A DNA stretch of 64,000 nucleotides from Vitrella brassicaformis CCMP3155. Lineage: Eukaryota > Protista > Chromerida. Below the pieces are notes generated by a model, which ran no database searches, was not told where the DNA came from, and worked only from the letters and a program-made list of their open reading frames with translations. The stretch is taken from positions 1 through 64,000 of the forward strand of contig CDMY01000444.1 of assembly GCA_001179505.1 (NCBI GenBank). The letters run 5' to 3'. The position numbers were made by a program, and so were the translations under genes. Numbering within the stretch: position 1 is the stretch's first letter; each line of letters opens with the position of its first letter. Below, one piece after another: positions 63,327 to 64,000 of this stretch.

Positions 63327-64000
63327 GACAGCCAAGCCAGCCGCTCTCTCGCCTGTGTGCATATGAGTGTGTGTGTGGTGTGTGTGCAGGAGGTGACGCC
63401 CAACAACATCTTGCTGATCGGTCCGTCCGGGTGCGGCAAGACCGAGCTCGCCAAGCGGCTCGCCGCTTTTGCTGGGGCGCCATTCGTAAGCAAAGCAAAG
63501 CCAGCCAGGCCGTGCCATGTGGATGGGTGGAGAGAGGTCCATGTGTGCGTGATTGTGTGTGTGTGTGTGTGCAGGTGAAGGTTGTTGCCACCCGATACAC
63601 TGAGGTGGGGTTTGTGGGTGACGATACCGTGTCCATGGTGCACGAGCTCGCAGAGGTACCAATCAATCGGCACACACAGACAGACGTGTGCGCTGGTGTG
63701 TGCGTGTGTGTGTGGGCCCACCCGCAGCAATCGTACATGGACGAGAAGCGCCGTATGAAGGATTTGGTGATGGACCAGGCCAAGACCAGGGCTAAGAACG
63801 AGCTGATCAAGGCCATCATGAAGAACCCCCTCTCCGACACATGGACCGAGTCACTCATCAGCGAATACCTCGACGTACACACACACACACACACACACAC
63901 ACAGGGATGGAGGGATGGTGCATGTGACGTCTGTCTGTCTGCAGGATGGCCGTCTCAACGAGATGGAGGTCGAGCTCGACGCCGAGTTGCTGACCCGTGA
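62843..64000 (+). CDS. hslU: HslU (ClpY) AAA+ ATPase subunit with a mitochondrial targeting peptide; continues past window
   Basis: Arg/Ala/Ser/Leu-rich presequence [14 protein letters not shown]...RQLST; [16 protein letters not shown]|[54 protein letters not shown]. Confidence 0.95.

Noticed and set aside
1-64000. Spliced-leader, snRNA, tRNA, rRNA genes or CRISPR arrays
   Set aside because: No dinoflagellate SL sequence, cloverleaf, rRNA-like tract or regularly spaced repeat-spacer array was seen.
1-64000. Many ORF-track entries rich in HT, CV or SL repeats, and long antisense ORFs (e.g. 60477-61235, 62532-62999, 7899-8537)
   Set aside because: These are translations of intronic microsatellites or shadows of real exons on the other strand in a GC-rich genome.
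3661-64000. A functional proteostasis cluster (CSN3, BTB, RING-CH, Ubl, HslU)
   Set aside because: The genes are scattered, act in different compartments and belong to large families, so chance co-occurrence is sufficient.

Overview
Intron-dense, GC-rich eukaryotic scaffold with introns full of (CA)n, (GT)n, (GA)n, (CAGA)n and (GGAT)n repeats, and two 300-N gaps. The style and gene set suggest a chromerid alveolate such as Vitrella brassicaformis; this is inference, not a database match. Recognisable genes: the 3' end of a MATE transporter, the CSN3 PCI region, a membrane-bound hybrid histidine kinase with intact phosphorelay motifs, a BTB/POZ protein, two tandem RING-CH (MARCH-like) membrane E3 genes, two secreted helical proteins, a P3A plasma-membrane H+-ATPase, a TPR-like protein and the 5' half of a mitochondrial HslU. 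Two rearranged zones lie between them. At 10.9-29.2 kb a mosaic of shuffled exon blocks carries three sets of S-adenosylmethionine-synthetase (MAT)-derived domains without a full active site, plus a dead kinase fragment and eight copies of a 15-nt motif. At 38-50 kb, nested inverted duplications include a captured acetyl-CoA synthetase fragment and ubiquitin-like/zinc-finger genes. The most interesting candidates are the MAT-derived domain family, the complementary (CA)n...(GT)n intron architecture and the recurrent CTACATTTTATATCC motif. Exon boundaries were read by eye and are approximate. No rRNA, tRNA, CRISPR array or intact transposase was seen.
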